DNA of 35,325 bases, taken from Acidobacteriota bacterium. Lineage in GTDB: Bacteria > Acidobacteriota > UBA890. The DNA lies in assembly GCA_050114655.1 (NCBI GenBank), contig JASFRZ010000003.1, positions 1-35,325 on the forward strand, given 5' to 3'. The notes beneath the pieces are model-generated. The model searched no databases. It saw only the letters and a program-made list of their open reading frames with translations, and was not told the DNA's origin. Each line of letters opens with the position of its first letter. The first letter of the stretch is position 1. Made by a program: the position numbers and the translations under genes. Shown one piece after another: positions 28,275-35,325 of the stretch.

Positions 28275-28973
28275 TCATCTCTCGTGCTCGATGGAGACGA
28301 CGGCACCGGTCATGGCGTCGACGTGGACCTCTTCAACGCCTTCCTCGCCCGCGACACGGATGTCGAGCGAGTAGATGAACTCATTATCCTCGTTTTCGAT
28401 CTCGGCGGCGATGATCTCTCCTCCCGGCACCGCGGCGAGGGCGGCCTCCGCCGCGGCCGGCACCCCGACGCTCGCCTTGGCGAGGAGCCCGGACTCCTCC
28501 TCCACGACCTTCCTGTCCCACGACGCCACTGTTCCGGGCGACTCTGCCTCTTCCCGCTCCTCGGCCTCCTCCGCAGCTTCGCTCACCTCGCGGGAGTGGC
28601 CTTCGTCGCTGACCTGTTCGGCCTGCTCCTGCTCCTCTCCTTCTTCCTCTTGCTCCCTGGCGAGAACCTCTCCGGTGAAGGCGTCGATGTGGACCTCCTC
28701 GATTCCTTCGCGCCCTTCCAACTTCATGTCGAACGTGTAGATGAGAGCGCCGTCCTCGCGCTCGAGCTCGGCCGACAGGATCGTCGCCTCGGGGATCGCG
28801 GCCCGGGCCTTTTCAATCGCCGTGTTTGCCGTGACGGTGGCCTCGTTGAAGAGCCCGTCCTGTTCCTCGACGACCTTGCCGTCCCATTCCTGTGCGGAGC
28901 AGGCACCCGCGAACAACAGGGTACAGGCGAGCACCGCGGCCAATCGTATGAACCTCGACGTGATCATCGTCAT
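28275..28973 (-). CDS. Secreted, highly acidic protein with two PepSY domains
   Basis: GGGAGA RBS and signal peptide. Two copies of WD.KVVEE..GL...A.V....A...A.AA.P...I..AE.E.ED...IY..D....G.EG.EEVH.DA.TG.V joined by a Glu-rich linker. Confidence 0.85.
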   Translation of the reverse strand: MTMITSRFIRLAAVLACTLLFAGACSAQEWDGKVVEEQDGLFNEATVTANTAIEKARAAIPEATILSAELEREDGALIYTFDMKLEGREGIEEVHIDAFTGEVLAREQEEEGEEQEQAEQVSDEGHSREVSEAAEEAEEREEAESPGTVASWDRKVVEEESGLLAKASVGVPAAAEAALAAVPGGEIIAAEIENEDNEFIYSLDIRVAGEEGVEEVHVDAMTGAVVSIEHER

Positions 28974-29024
28974 TCTCCCTTGTGAGTCCGTTACGCCCCG
29001 CACCGCGCGCAGCGCCACTCGCTC

Positions 29025-29058
29025 ACTGTAGGGACGGCGGATGACCGCAACATGACAA
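29025..29058 (-). promoter_or_regulatory. Pho-box-type tandem repeat plus -10 element; probable RR-activated promoter of the PepSY-TCS-RND operon
   Basis: The minus strand reads TTGTCAT-GTTG-CGGTCAT-ccgccgtccc-TACAGT: two GTCAT repeats 11 bp apart, then 10 bp, then a TAnnnT -10 element. This is the geometry of PhoB-activated promoters. Confidence 0.65.
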
Positions 29059-29161
29059 GCCGACGGTGAATCGGGCTGGGTGATCGGCGCCGCTCCTGGA
29101 CGGGTCCCCGGGAGAGGAGGATCATTGTCTGCATCGCAGATCACCGACGCAGGCAGGAGAG

Positions 29162-30820
29162 ATGACCATGAAGCGCAGAGAGTTCCTGGAAGCCGGTTTT
29201 CTGGTTACCGGCGTCGCAGTGGCCGGCTGCACGACGGCGGGGGAGGAGGGGGGTGCCGCAAGCACGGGCGAAGCGGGCGCAGCGGGCCCAGCGGGCGCCA
29301 GGGCCCCCCAGACGATGTTCGAGCTCGAAGAGGCGACGATCTCCGACCTGCAGGAGCGCATGGCGTCGGGAGAGCTGAGCGCGGTGGCGATCACCGATCT
29401 GTACCTCGGGCGCATCGACGCGCTCGACAAGCAAGGGCCAGCGGTCAACGCGATGATCGAGCTCAACCCCGACGCGCCGGCGATCGCCGCGCAGCTCGAC
29501 GAGGAGCGCGACGCGGGCAACGTGCGCGGGCCACTGCACGGCATCCCGGTGGTGATCAAGGACAACATTGACACCGCCGACCGTATGCAGACCACCGCCG
29601 GCTCGATGGCGCTGGCCGGATCGATCGCAGCACAGGACTCCACCGTCGCCGCCAAGCTGCGCGAAGCCGGCGCGGTGATCCTCGGCAAGGCCAACCTGAG
29701 CGAATGGGCCAACTTCCGCTCGGAGCGCTCGTCGAGCGGCTGGAGCGGTCGCGGCGGCCAGACAAACAATCCCTACGCGCTCGATCGCAACCCGTGCGGA
29801 TCGAGCTCGGGATCGGGGGTGGCGGCGTCGGCCAACTTCTGCGCCGCAGCTATCGGCACCGAGACCAACGGCTCGATCGTCTGCCCGGCAAACGCCAATT
29901 CATTGGTCGGCATCAAGCCCACCGTCGGGCTGGTGAGCCGCGCCGGCATCATCCCGATCTCGCACACGCAGGATACCGCCGGTCCGATGACCCGCACGGT
30001 CGCCGACGCCGCGGCGGTGCTCGGCGCGCTCACCGGCGTGGATCCGCGCGACGACGCGACCAGCGCCAGCGAGGGCCGCGCGCAGAACGACTACACACAG
30101 TTTCTCGATGCCGACGGCCTGCGCGGCGCGCGTATCGGCGTGGCGCGCAACTTCTTCGGCTTTCACGAGCGCGTCGACGCGCTGATGGAGGAGGCGATCG
30201 ACGCGATGCGGCGGCAGGGCGCCGAGGTCGTCGATCCGGTCGAATTACGCCTCGGCGATGCCGGCGACGCCTCGTACCAGGTGCTGCTGTACGAGTTCAA
30301 GGCAGACCTCAATGCTTACCTCGGTGCGCTCGGCCCGACCGCGCCGGTGCACTCGCTCGAGGAGGCGATCGCCTTCAACGAGCAGAACGCCGCTGTCGAG
30401 ATGCCGTACTTCCGCCAGGAGATCTTCGAGGAGGCACAGGAAAAAGGGCCGCTGACAAGCCCGGAGTACCGCGACGCGCTCGCTACCGCCACCCGCCTGT
30501 CGCGCGGTGAGGGCATCGACGCACTGATGGACCGCGAGCGCCTCGACGCCATCGTCGCGCCGACCGACGGCCCGCCGTGGCCCACCGATCTGGTCACCGG
30601 CGACCACTACATCGGCGGCAGCTCGTCGCCCGCGGCGATCGCCGGCTATCCGGACATCACGGTGCCGATGGGCTACGTCTTCGGCCTGCCGGTCAACATC
30701 TCGTTCTTCGGCCGCGCCTGGAGCGAGGCGGTGCTGATCCGCATCGCCTACGCCTTCGAGCAGGCCACCATGGCGCGGCGCCCGCCGCGATTTCTGCCGA
30801 CCGCGGACCTCAGCCTCTGA
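29162..30820 (+). CDS. Amidase signature family enzyme, Tat-exported lipoprotein
   Basis: KRREFL Tat motif and VAGC lipobox; GPLHGIPVVIKDNID (catalytic Lys), GSSSGSG, GTETNGSI (Ser-cisSer-Lys triad). AGGAG RBS. Confidence 0.95.
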   Translation: MTMKRREFLEAGFLVTGVAVAGCTTAGEEGGAASTGEAGAAGPAGARAPQTMFELEEATISDLQERMASGELSAVAITDLYLGRIDALDKQGPAVNAMIELNPDAPAIAAQLDEERDAGNVRGPLHGIPVVIKDNIDTADRMQTTAGSMALAGSIAAQDSTVAAKLREAGAVILGKANLSEWANFRSERSSSGWSGRGGQTNNPYALDRNPCGSSSGSGVAASANFCAAAIGTETNGSIVCPANANSLVGIKPTVGLVSRAGIIPISHTQDTAGPMTRTVADAAAVLGALTGVDPRDDATSASEGRAQNDYTQFLDADGLRGARIGVARNFFGFHERVDALMEEAIDAMRRQGAEVVDPVELRLGDAGDASYQVLLYEFKADLNAYLGALGPTAPVHSLEEAIAFNEQNAAVEMPYFRQEIFEEAQEKGPLTSPEYRDALATATRLSRGEGIDALMDRERLDAIVAPTDGPPWPTDLVTGDHYIGGSSSPAAIAGYPDITVPMGYVFGLPVNISFFGRAWSEAVLIRIAYAFEQATMARRPPRFLPTADLSL

Positions 30821-30849
30821 ATGTCGGCCGGCGCATGAGAGGACAGACC

Positions 30850-32070
30850 ATGTCGACGCGTGGCGGTCGCTTCCCGGCCTTGTTCGCGCTGGTGGTTGTG
30901 CTGTCGGCCTGCGGCATCGCCTCGGTGGTTTCGGCTCAGAACCGCGGTGCCGGCAACTCCCGTTCTCGTCTTCGCGAGGAGCTGCCGGCGGGCTCCTTCA
31001 CAGTCGGTGTCGAGGTGTTGCGCTTCGACGATGGCGCGACGTCGTCACCGATCGACGTCGTCCTCTGGTACCCGGCACGGGCGCTCGGCGCTCCAATGGC
31101 GGTCGCTGACTATGTGGAGCAGGCAGGCATCGATGATGGCGACGACGACCGGCAAACAGGGGCGGGCGACGGCCAATCCTCACGCAGTGTCGCAGCGCTG
31201 ACCCAGCTCATCTCCGGCGCGGACACCGACGCGTCACCGGAGGTCTTCGCGGAGATCGCCGCCGAGCCGACTTGGGCCACCAGGGGTGCTCCGCGCGATG
31301 TTTCGCGAGTCTTCCCGGTTGTCGTGTGGTCGGCGCGCCGAGACGTGGTGCTGTACCAGTTCGCGTTGTCGGAGCTCATCGCCAGCCACGGGTTCATCGT
31401 CGCGGCGGTACAGCGAAGCAGCAGCATTTCGGCGGCGCCTTGGGAAACGCCGCAGGCGGAGCGCGGGCAGCTCCTCGAACACCAGGTGTCCGACCTTGCC
31501 GAGGGGCTCTCCCGTCTGGAAAACGAGGAGGCCATTGACGTGGAGCGCTACGCCGTTCTGTCCTGGTCGTACGGTGGCGAGTCCGCGATCCGGTTGCGCG
31601 AGCGTGACCCGCGCGTCGCCGCGATCATCGGTGTGAGCTCGAATCTGTTCGATGGCTGGGTGTATGAACCGGATCGACGGCGGGTTCTCGAGCCCAGCGC
31701 GCTTGACGCCAACGTCGCGATCTTGAGGGAAGCCCGCGACCCTGAGGCCACCGCGATGGTACGGCGTGGGCTGGCCGAACTGACGAAGGAGGCGTTCTTT
31801 TTCACCTTCGCGCGGGCCGACCACGGCAACTTCAATGCTATCGAGGGTCTACTGCCCGGCGTGTTCGACATCAGTGCAGTCCAGCCCTGGTCGCGCGCCG
31901 GAGACGCTGCCGTGCCGACGTACCGTGCACTGAGTCGCCTGGTGCTGTTCCATCTTCGGCGCTGGCTGATGGGAGACGCGTCGCGCCTGGATGCTCAGCC
32001 GTGGTTTGCCGAGCTCGCAGCGGCGGGTGTGGCCGAGGGCTACCCGGGTGCGCCTGTGGGTGCCCACTGA
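30850..32070 (+). CDS. Secreted alpha/beta hydrolase (dienelactone hydrolase / PAF-AH-like)
   Basis: GAGGA RBS and ATG 30850; signal peptide; VVLWYPA, FPVVVWS, LIASHGFIVAAV, nucleophile elbow SWSYGG, ADHGNF. Confidence 0.8.
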   Translation: MSTRGGRFPALFALVVVLSACGIASVVSAQNRGAGNSRSRLREELPAGSFTVGVEVLRFDDGATSSPIDVVLWYPARALGAPMAVADYVEQAGIDDGDDDRQTGAGDGQSSRSVAALTQLISGADTDASPEVFAEIAAEPTWATRGAPRDVSRVFPVVVWSARRDVVLYQFALSELIASHGFIVAAVQRSSSISAAPWETPQAERGQLLEHQVSDLAEGLSRLENEEAIDVERYAVLSWSYGGESAIRLRERDPRVAAIIGVSSNLFDGWVYEPDRRRVLEPSALDANVAILREARDPEATAMVRRGLAELTKEAFFFTFARADHGNFNAIEGLLPGVFDISAVQPWSRAGDAAVPTYRALSRLVLFHLRRWLMGDASRLDAQPWFAELAAAGVAEGYPGAPVGAH

Positions 32071-32095
32071 ATCAGCCACGCCTGGACGCCTCGGT

Positions 32096-32752
32096 CTACG
32101 CCGTGGCGGCGAGCAGCTGAGCCAGCTCGTCGTGCTCTCCCTCGCGCGCGAAGTCGGCCGCCGTCCGTCCGTCGTCGGTGGCGATGCCGGTGGCGGCGCC
32201 GGCGGCGAGCAGCGTGTCAGCGAGCTCGCGATTGCCGTGCAGGGCGGCTGACATGAGCGCGGTGTAGCCGGCCTGTTGCTGCGCATCCGGGTTCGCACCG
32301 GCGGCCAGCAGCCGGCGGCAGCTCTCGACGTCGGCGCAAGCCGCCGCGCTGTGGAGCGGGCACACGCGCGTCGGGTTGTCGGCCACAGCGTTTACGTCCG
32401 CGCCGAGATCGGTCAGCAGCGCGACCATGTCGGGACGGCCGAAAAAGGCGGCGTAGTGCAGGGGAGTGAAGCCGTCGGGGCTGCGTGCCGCGATGGCGTC
32501 CGGCTGCGCCGCAAGCACGCGCTCGGCGTGCTCGAGCCGGCCGAGGGCGGCGGCTTCGTGCAGGTCGAGGTCGTCGCGATGCGACGCGATCAGCTCGGCA
32601 ATTGCCGGTTGACGGTGGTAGAGGGCGTGGAGGATCCAGGAGACCCCCTGTTCGTCGCGTTGCGTGGCGAGCCCGGGAGAGGTGTCGAGCAGGCGCGACA
32701 CCGATTCCGAATCGCCCTGCTCGACGGCATCGGTCAGTTCCTGTTGCGCCAT
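32096..32752 (-). CDS. Ankyrin repeat protein
   Basis: DLHEAAALG, DGFTPLHYAAFFG, CPLHSAAA, AGYTALMSAALHG, DGRTAADFA. AAGGAGG RBS. Confidence 0.92.
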   Translation of the reverse strand: MAQQELTDAVEQGDSESVSRLLDTSPGLATQRDEQGVSWILHALYHRQPAIAELIASHRDDLDLHEAAALGRLEHAERVLAAQPDAIAARSPDGFTPLHYAAFFGRPDMVALLTDLGADVNAVADNPTRVCPLHSAAACADVESCRRLLAAGANPDAQQQAGYTALMSAALHGNRELADTLLAAGAATGIATDDGRTAADFAREGEHDELAQLLAATA

Positions 32753-32809
32753 TGTCGGCCTCCTTTTCGTCGGCCGCGTGCGGCCGGGTGACGTGGTTGC
32801 AGCGCTGCA

Positions 32810-32838
32810 TTTAATTAGTTAGGCTAACGAACTATAGT
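32810..32838. promoter_or_regulatory. AT-rich palindrome (likely MarR operator) overlapping divergent promoters
   Basis: TTAGTTAGGCTAACGAA with a perfect core GTTAG-G-CTAAC (32818-32828). A TATAGT -10-like hexamer sits at 32833-32838. Confidence 0.65.
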
Positions 32839-32946
32839 CAAGAGACGCCCACGTTGCAACCACTACCGAGCCGGCCCCCTCGCATGGGCGGGCACCGGGA
32901 CCGGATGAGGGCAATGCCGCACCAACCCCGCGAAGTGGCCGATGCA

Positions 32947-33372
32947 ATGAAAGAGAAGGATCTCGAAGCCGCAGCCGACCGACTGCACTCGGTGGCGATT
33001 CATCTGCTGCGCCGTGTGCGGGTCGAGGACAAAAAGAGTGGGCTCTCCCCGGCACGCCTGTCCGCTCTGTCGGTGGTCGTGTTCGGCGGGCCGCTGTCCC
33101 TGGGCAACCTGGCGGCGGCCGAGCAGGTCACGCCGCCGACGATGACCCGGCTGGTCCAGGCCCTCGAACAGGAGGGTCTTCTCGAGCGACGACCCGATCC
33201 CGAGGACGGACGGGGCATTCTGATCGCCGCCACGCGGGCGGGCGACAAGCTCCTGAACGAGGCGCGCCAGCGCCGCATCCGGCGCCTGGTCGACCTCCTC
33301 GCCGCATTGCCGCCCACTCAGCTACAAGCGGTGTCGCAGGCGACCGACGCGCTCACCGACCTGTTCGCCTGA
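32947..33372 (+). CDS. MarR-family transcriptional regulator
   Basis: GLSPARLSALSVV...LAAAEQVTPPTMTRLVQALEQEGLLERRPDPEDGR...T..G. The start (ATG 32947) is uncertain. Confidence 0.92.
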   Translation: MKEKDLEAAADRLHSVAIHLLRRVRVEDKKSGLSPARLSALSVVVFGGPLSLGNLAAAEQVTPPTMTRLVQALEQEGLLERRPDPEDGRGILIAATRAGDKLLNEARQRRIRRLVDLLAALPPTQLQAVSQATDALTDLFA

Positions 33373-33465
33373 CGTCGCCGCCGCGTCCGTAGCGCCGACG
33401 CTGAGAGGCGCGGACGTGTTGGACGGCACGGCGTCTGGGATGCTGCGGTATCCCACCCCCCGCGC

Positions 33466-35325
33466 TCAGCGCCCTCCGCCGCCCTTGATCCTGGCGAGCT
33501 CGTCGTTGCGCTCGATCACCGACACCCCCTCGGTGATCCACGGCTTTGCAGGCTCGCCCTTGAGATAGTGGCCGAACCAGTCGAGCACGCGGTGGTGGTA
33601 GTCGATCTGGTTCTTCTCCTGCCGGTTGCTGTGGTTCTCGCCGGCGTACACCAGCATGACGAACTGCTTGCCGGCGCGGCGGGCGTAGTTGTACATCTCG
33701 ACGCCCTGGTGCCAGTCGACCGTGCCGTCGGAGTCGCCGAAGGCCATCAGCATGGGGGTCTCGAGGTCGGGGATGCCCATCACCGGGGACTCGCGCACGT
33801 AGGCCTCCATGTCATCCCAGTAGGGCACGTCCATGCGCGCCTGGCCGGTCTCGAAGTGGCTCGACTCGGGCAGCCCCTGGTTCCAGTGGATGGTGCCGAA
33901 CATCGAGAAGAAGTTGGTCAGCGCGGCGCCGGAGACGGCGGCGGCGAAGATGTCGGTCTTGGTGGGCACGTAGGCGGCCTCGTAGCCGCCCCACGAATGG
34001 CCCACCAGGCCGACGCGCGCGGCGTCGACCATGCCGGTGTCGGTGACCGTCTTGACCGCCGGGCGGATGCACTCGACCGCCGAGGTGCCCGGCATGCGGC
34101 CGCGGTAGACGATGTCGGGCTCGAGCACGAAGTACCCCTGGCTCGTCCACACCGCCGGGTTGTAGGAGCTGCGCTCGGACGGCACCGAGTAGCTGTGAAC
34201 CCCCTGCGACAGCATCTCGTACACGTAGGTGATCATCGGGTAGCTGCGCCCCGCCAGGTAGTTCGCCGGGTAGTACAGCGCCCCCTGCACGCGCGGGCCG
34301 AACTCGCAGGAGTAGTCGATCAGCTCGGAGTGGCCCCAGGCGAAGTCGGTCTGGAAGGGGTTCGTGTGGGTGACCTGTGGCGCGTCGGCGAGCTCGGCGC
34401 CGACGAAGTAGTCGGGGGAGTCGTTGAAGTCCTGCACGGTGTAGGCGTACACGTCGGCGTCGGATGCTTTGCTCAACCGGCCGACGCTCTTGTCGAGGAA
34501 CACCAGCGGCTGCGGGGTCTCACCGGGCGCCGCGACCCGCGCGTAGCCCGACTTCTTGGTCCACTGACCGTACATGCTCAGCGTCAGGGGCTCATCGAGG
34601 TCGATGGTGGGCGGCGGGCCGCCGAACGAAAACGGCGCGCTGTCGAGGCGCACGTAGCGGTAGCGGATGTCGTCGTCCGCGCCGTCGGTGATGCGCACCG
34701 CGGCGCTGCCGTCGGGCCGCACGCTCCAGATGTCGTAGCGGTCGTACAGCAGCACCGCCACGTCGCCTTCCGCCCAGCCGGCGACGCCCCACGAGGGCTT
34801 CTGCTCCACCGGATAGTCGTAGTCATCGTCGACGAACGAGGTCGGCAGCTTCGAGGTCAGGTCGACGTGCCGGCCGGTCGCGACGTCGTAGGCGAAGTGC
34901 TGATCGTCCTTGAAGTACAGCAGGTACTTGCCGGTGGCGGAGCCGCCGGAGAAGTAGCGCACGCGGTCGACCACCCGGGTGCGCTCGCCGGTGTCCACGT
35001 CGATCAGGTCGATGTCGTACCAGCGCCGGCCGAACATGCCGTCGACCAGGTACGGCTTGCGGTCGGTCTCGGTGGCGTAGCGCTGGCCGGCGAGCAGCTC
35101 GATGTCCTCGTCATAGTCGCTGCCGAGGCGTACGACGCGGTCGTCGTCGATGTGCCACACCGTCAGGTAGTTCTTGCGGCGGTCGCGCTGCTCCTGCAGC
35201 TTCTGCATCGGGATGATGCGCTCGTCGCGGGCGTGCCAGACGTCGACGTCGGCGGGTTCGGGCTCGTCGGAGTCCGCGGCAGCTTCGCCGCCGCTCATGT
35301 CTCCATTGCCGTCGCCCGGCTCCTC
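33466..35325 (-). CDS. S9 prolyl oligopeptidase / acylaminoacyl-peptidase family, 5' end outside the window
   Basis: GHSWGG nucleophile, GDSDGTV (Asp), GENHS (His), preceded by a beta-propeller region. The frame is open to the right edge. Confidence 0.93.
   Translation of the reverse strand, partial: EEPGDGNGDMSGGEAAADSDEPEPADVDVWHARDERIIPMQKLQEQRDRRKNYLTVWHIDDDRVVRLGSDYDEDIELLAGQRYATETDRKPYLVDGMFGRRWYDIDLIDVDTGERTRVVDRVRYFSGGSATGKYLLYFKDDQHFAYDVATGRHVDLTSKLPTSFVDDDYDYPVEQKPSWGVAGWAEGDVAVLLYDRYDIWSVRPDGSAAVRITDGADDDIRYRYVRLDSAPFSFGGPPPTIDLDEPLTLSMYGQWTKKSGYARVAAPGETPQPLVFLDKSVGRLSKASDADVYAYTVQDFNDSPDYFVGAELADAPQVTHTNPFQTDFAWGHSELIDYSCEFGPRVQGALYYPANYLAGRSYPMITYVYEMLSQGVHSYSVPSERSSYNPAVWTSQGYFVLEPDIVYRGRMPGTSAVECIRPAVKTVTDTGMVDAARVGLVGHSWGGYEAAYVPTKTDIFAAAVSGAALTNFFSMFGTIHWNQGLPESSHFETGQARMDVPYWDDMEAYVRESPVMGIPDLETPMLMAFGDSDGTVDWHQGVEMYNYARRAGKQFVMLVYAGENHSNRQEKNQIDYHHRVLDWFGHYLKGEPAKPWITEGVSVIERNDELARIKGGGGR

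Overview
High-GC bacterial window. The gene repertoire suggests Acidobacteriota (Vicinamibacteria-like); this is inference only. It holds about 24 genes, mostly for envelope or secreted proteins. From left to right: a secreted Cys-containing protein divergent from a membrane-anchored CadC/ToxR-type wHTH + TolB-like beta-propeller regulator, with five helically phased TCA repeats between them; an internally deleted, frameshifted esterase; a TauD-family dioxygenase; a PolX-N-terminus-like HhH protein with no polymerase palm; an NTF2/DUF4440 remnant; two convergent pairs of a GT-C-like membrane protein and a Thr-type sulfatase-like lipoprotein, flanking an M19 dipeptidase; a VPS10/BNR-repeat protein; an M28 peptidase; an operon of PepSY, OmpR-family regulator, atypical histidine kinase, TolC, MFP and RND behind a Pho-box-like promoter; a Tat lipoprotein amidase; an alpha/beta hydrolase; a divergent ankyrin/MarR pair with a palindromic operator; and a 5'-truncated S9 peptidase. 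I saw no rRNA, tRNA, CRISPR array, transposase or phage genes. All calls come from reading motifs by eye; no database searches were run.
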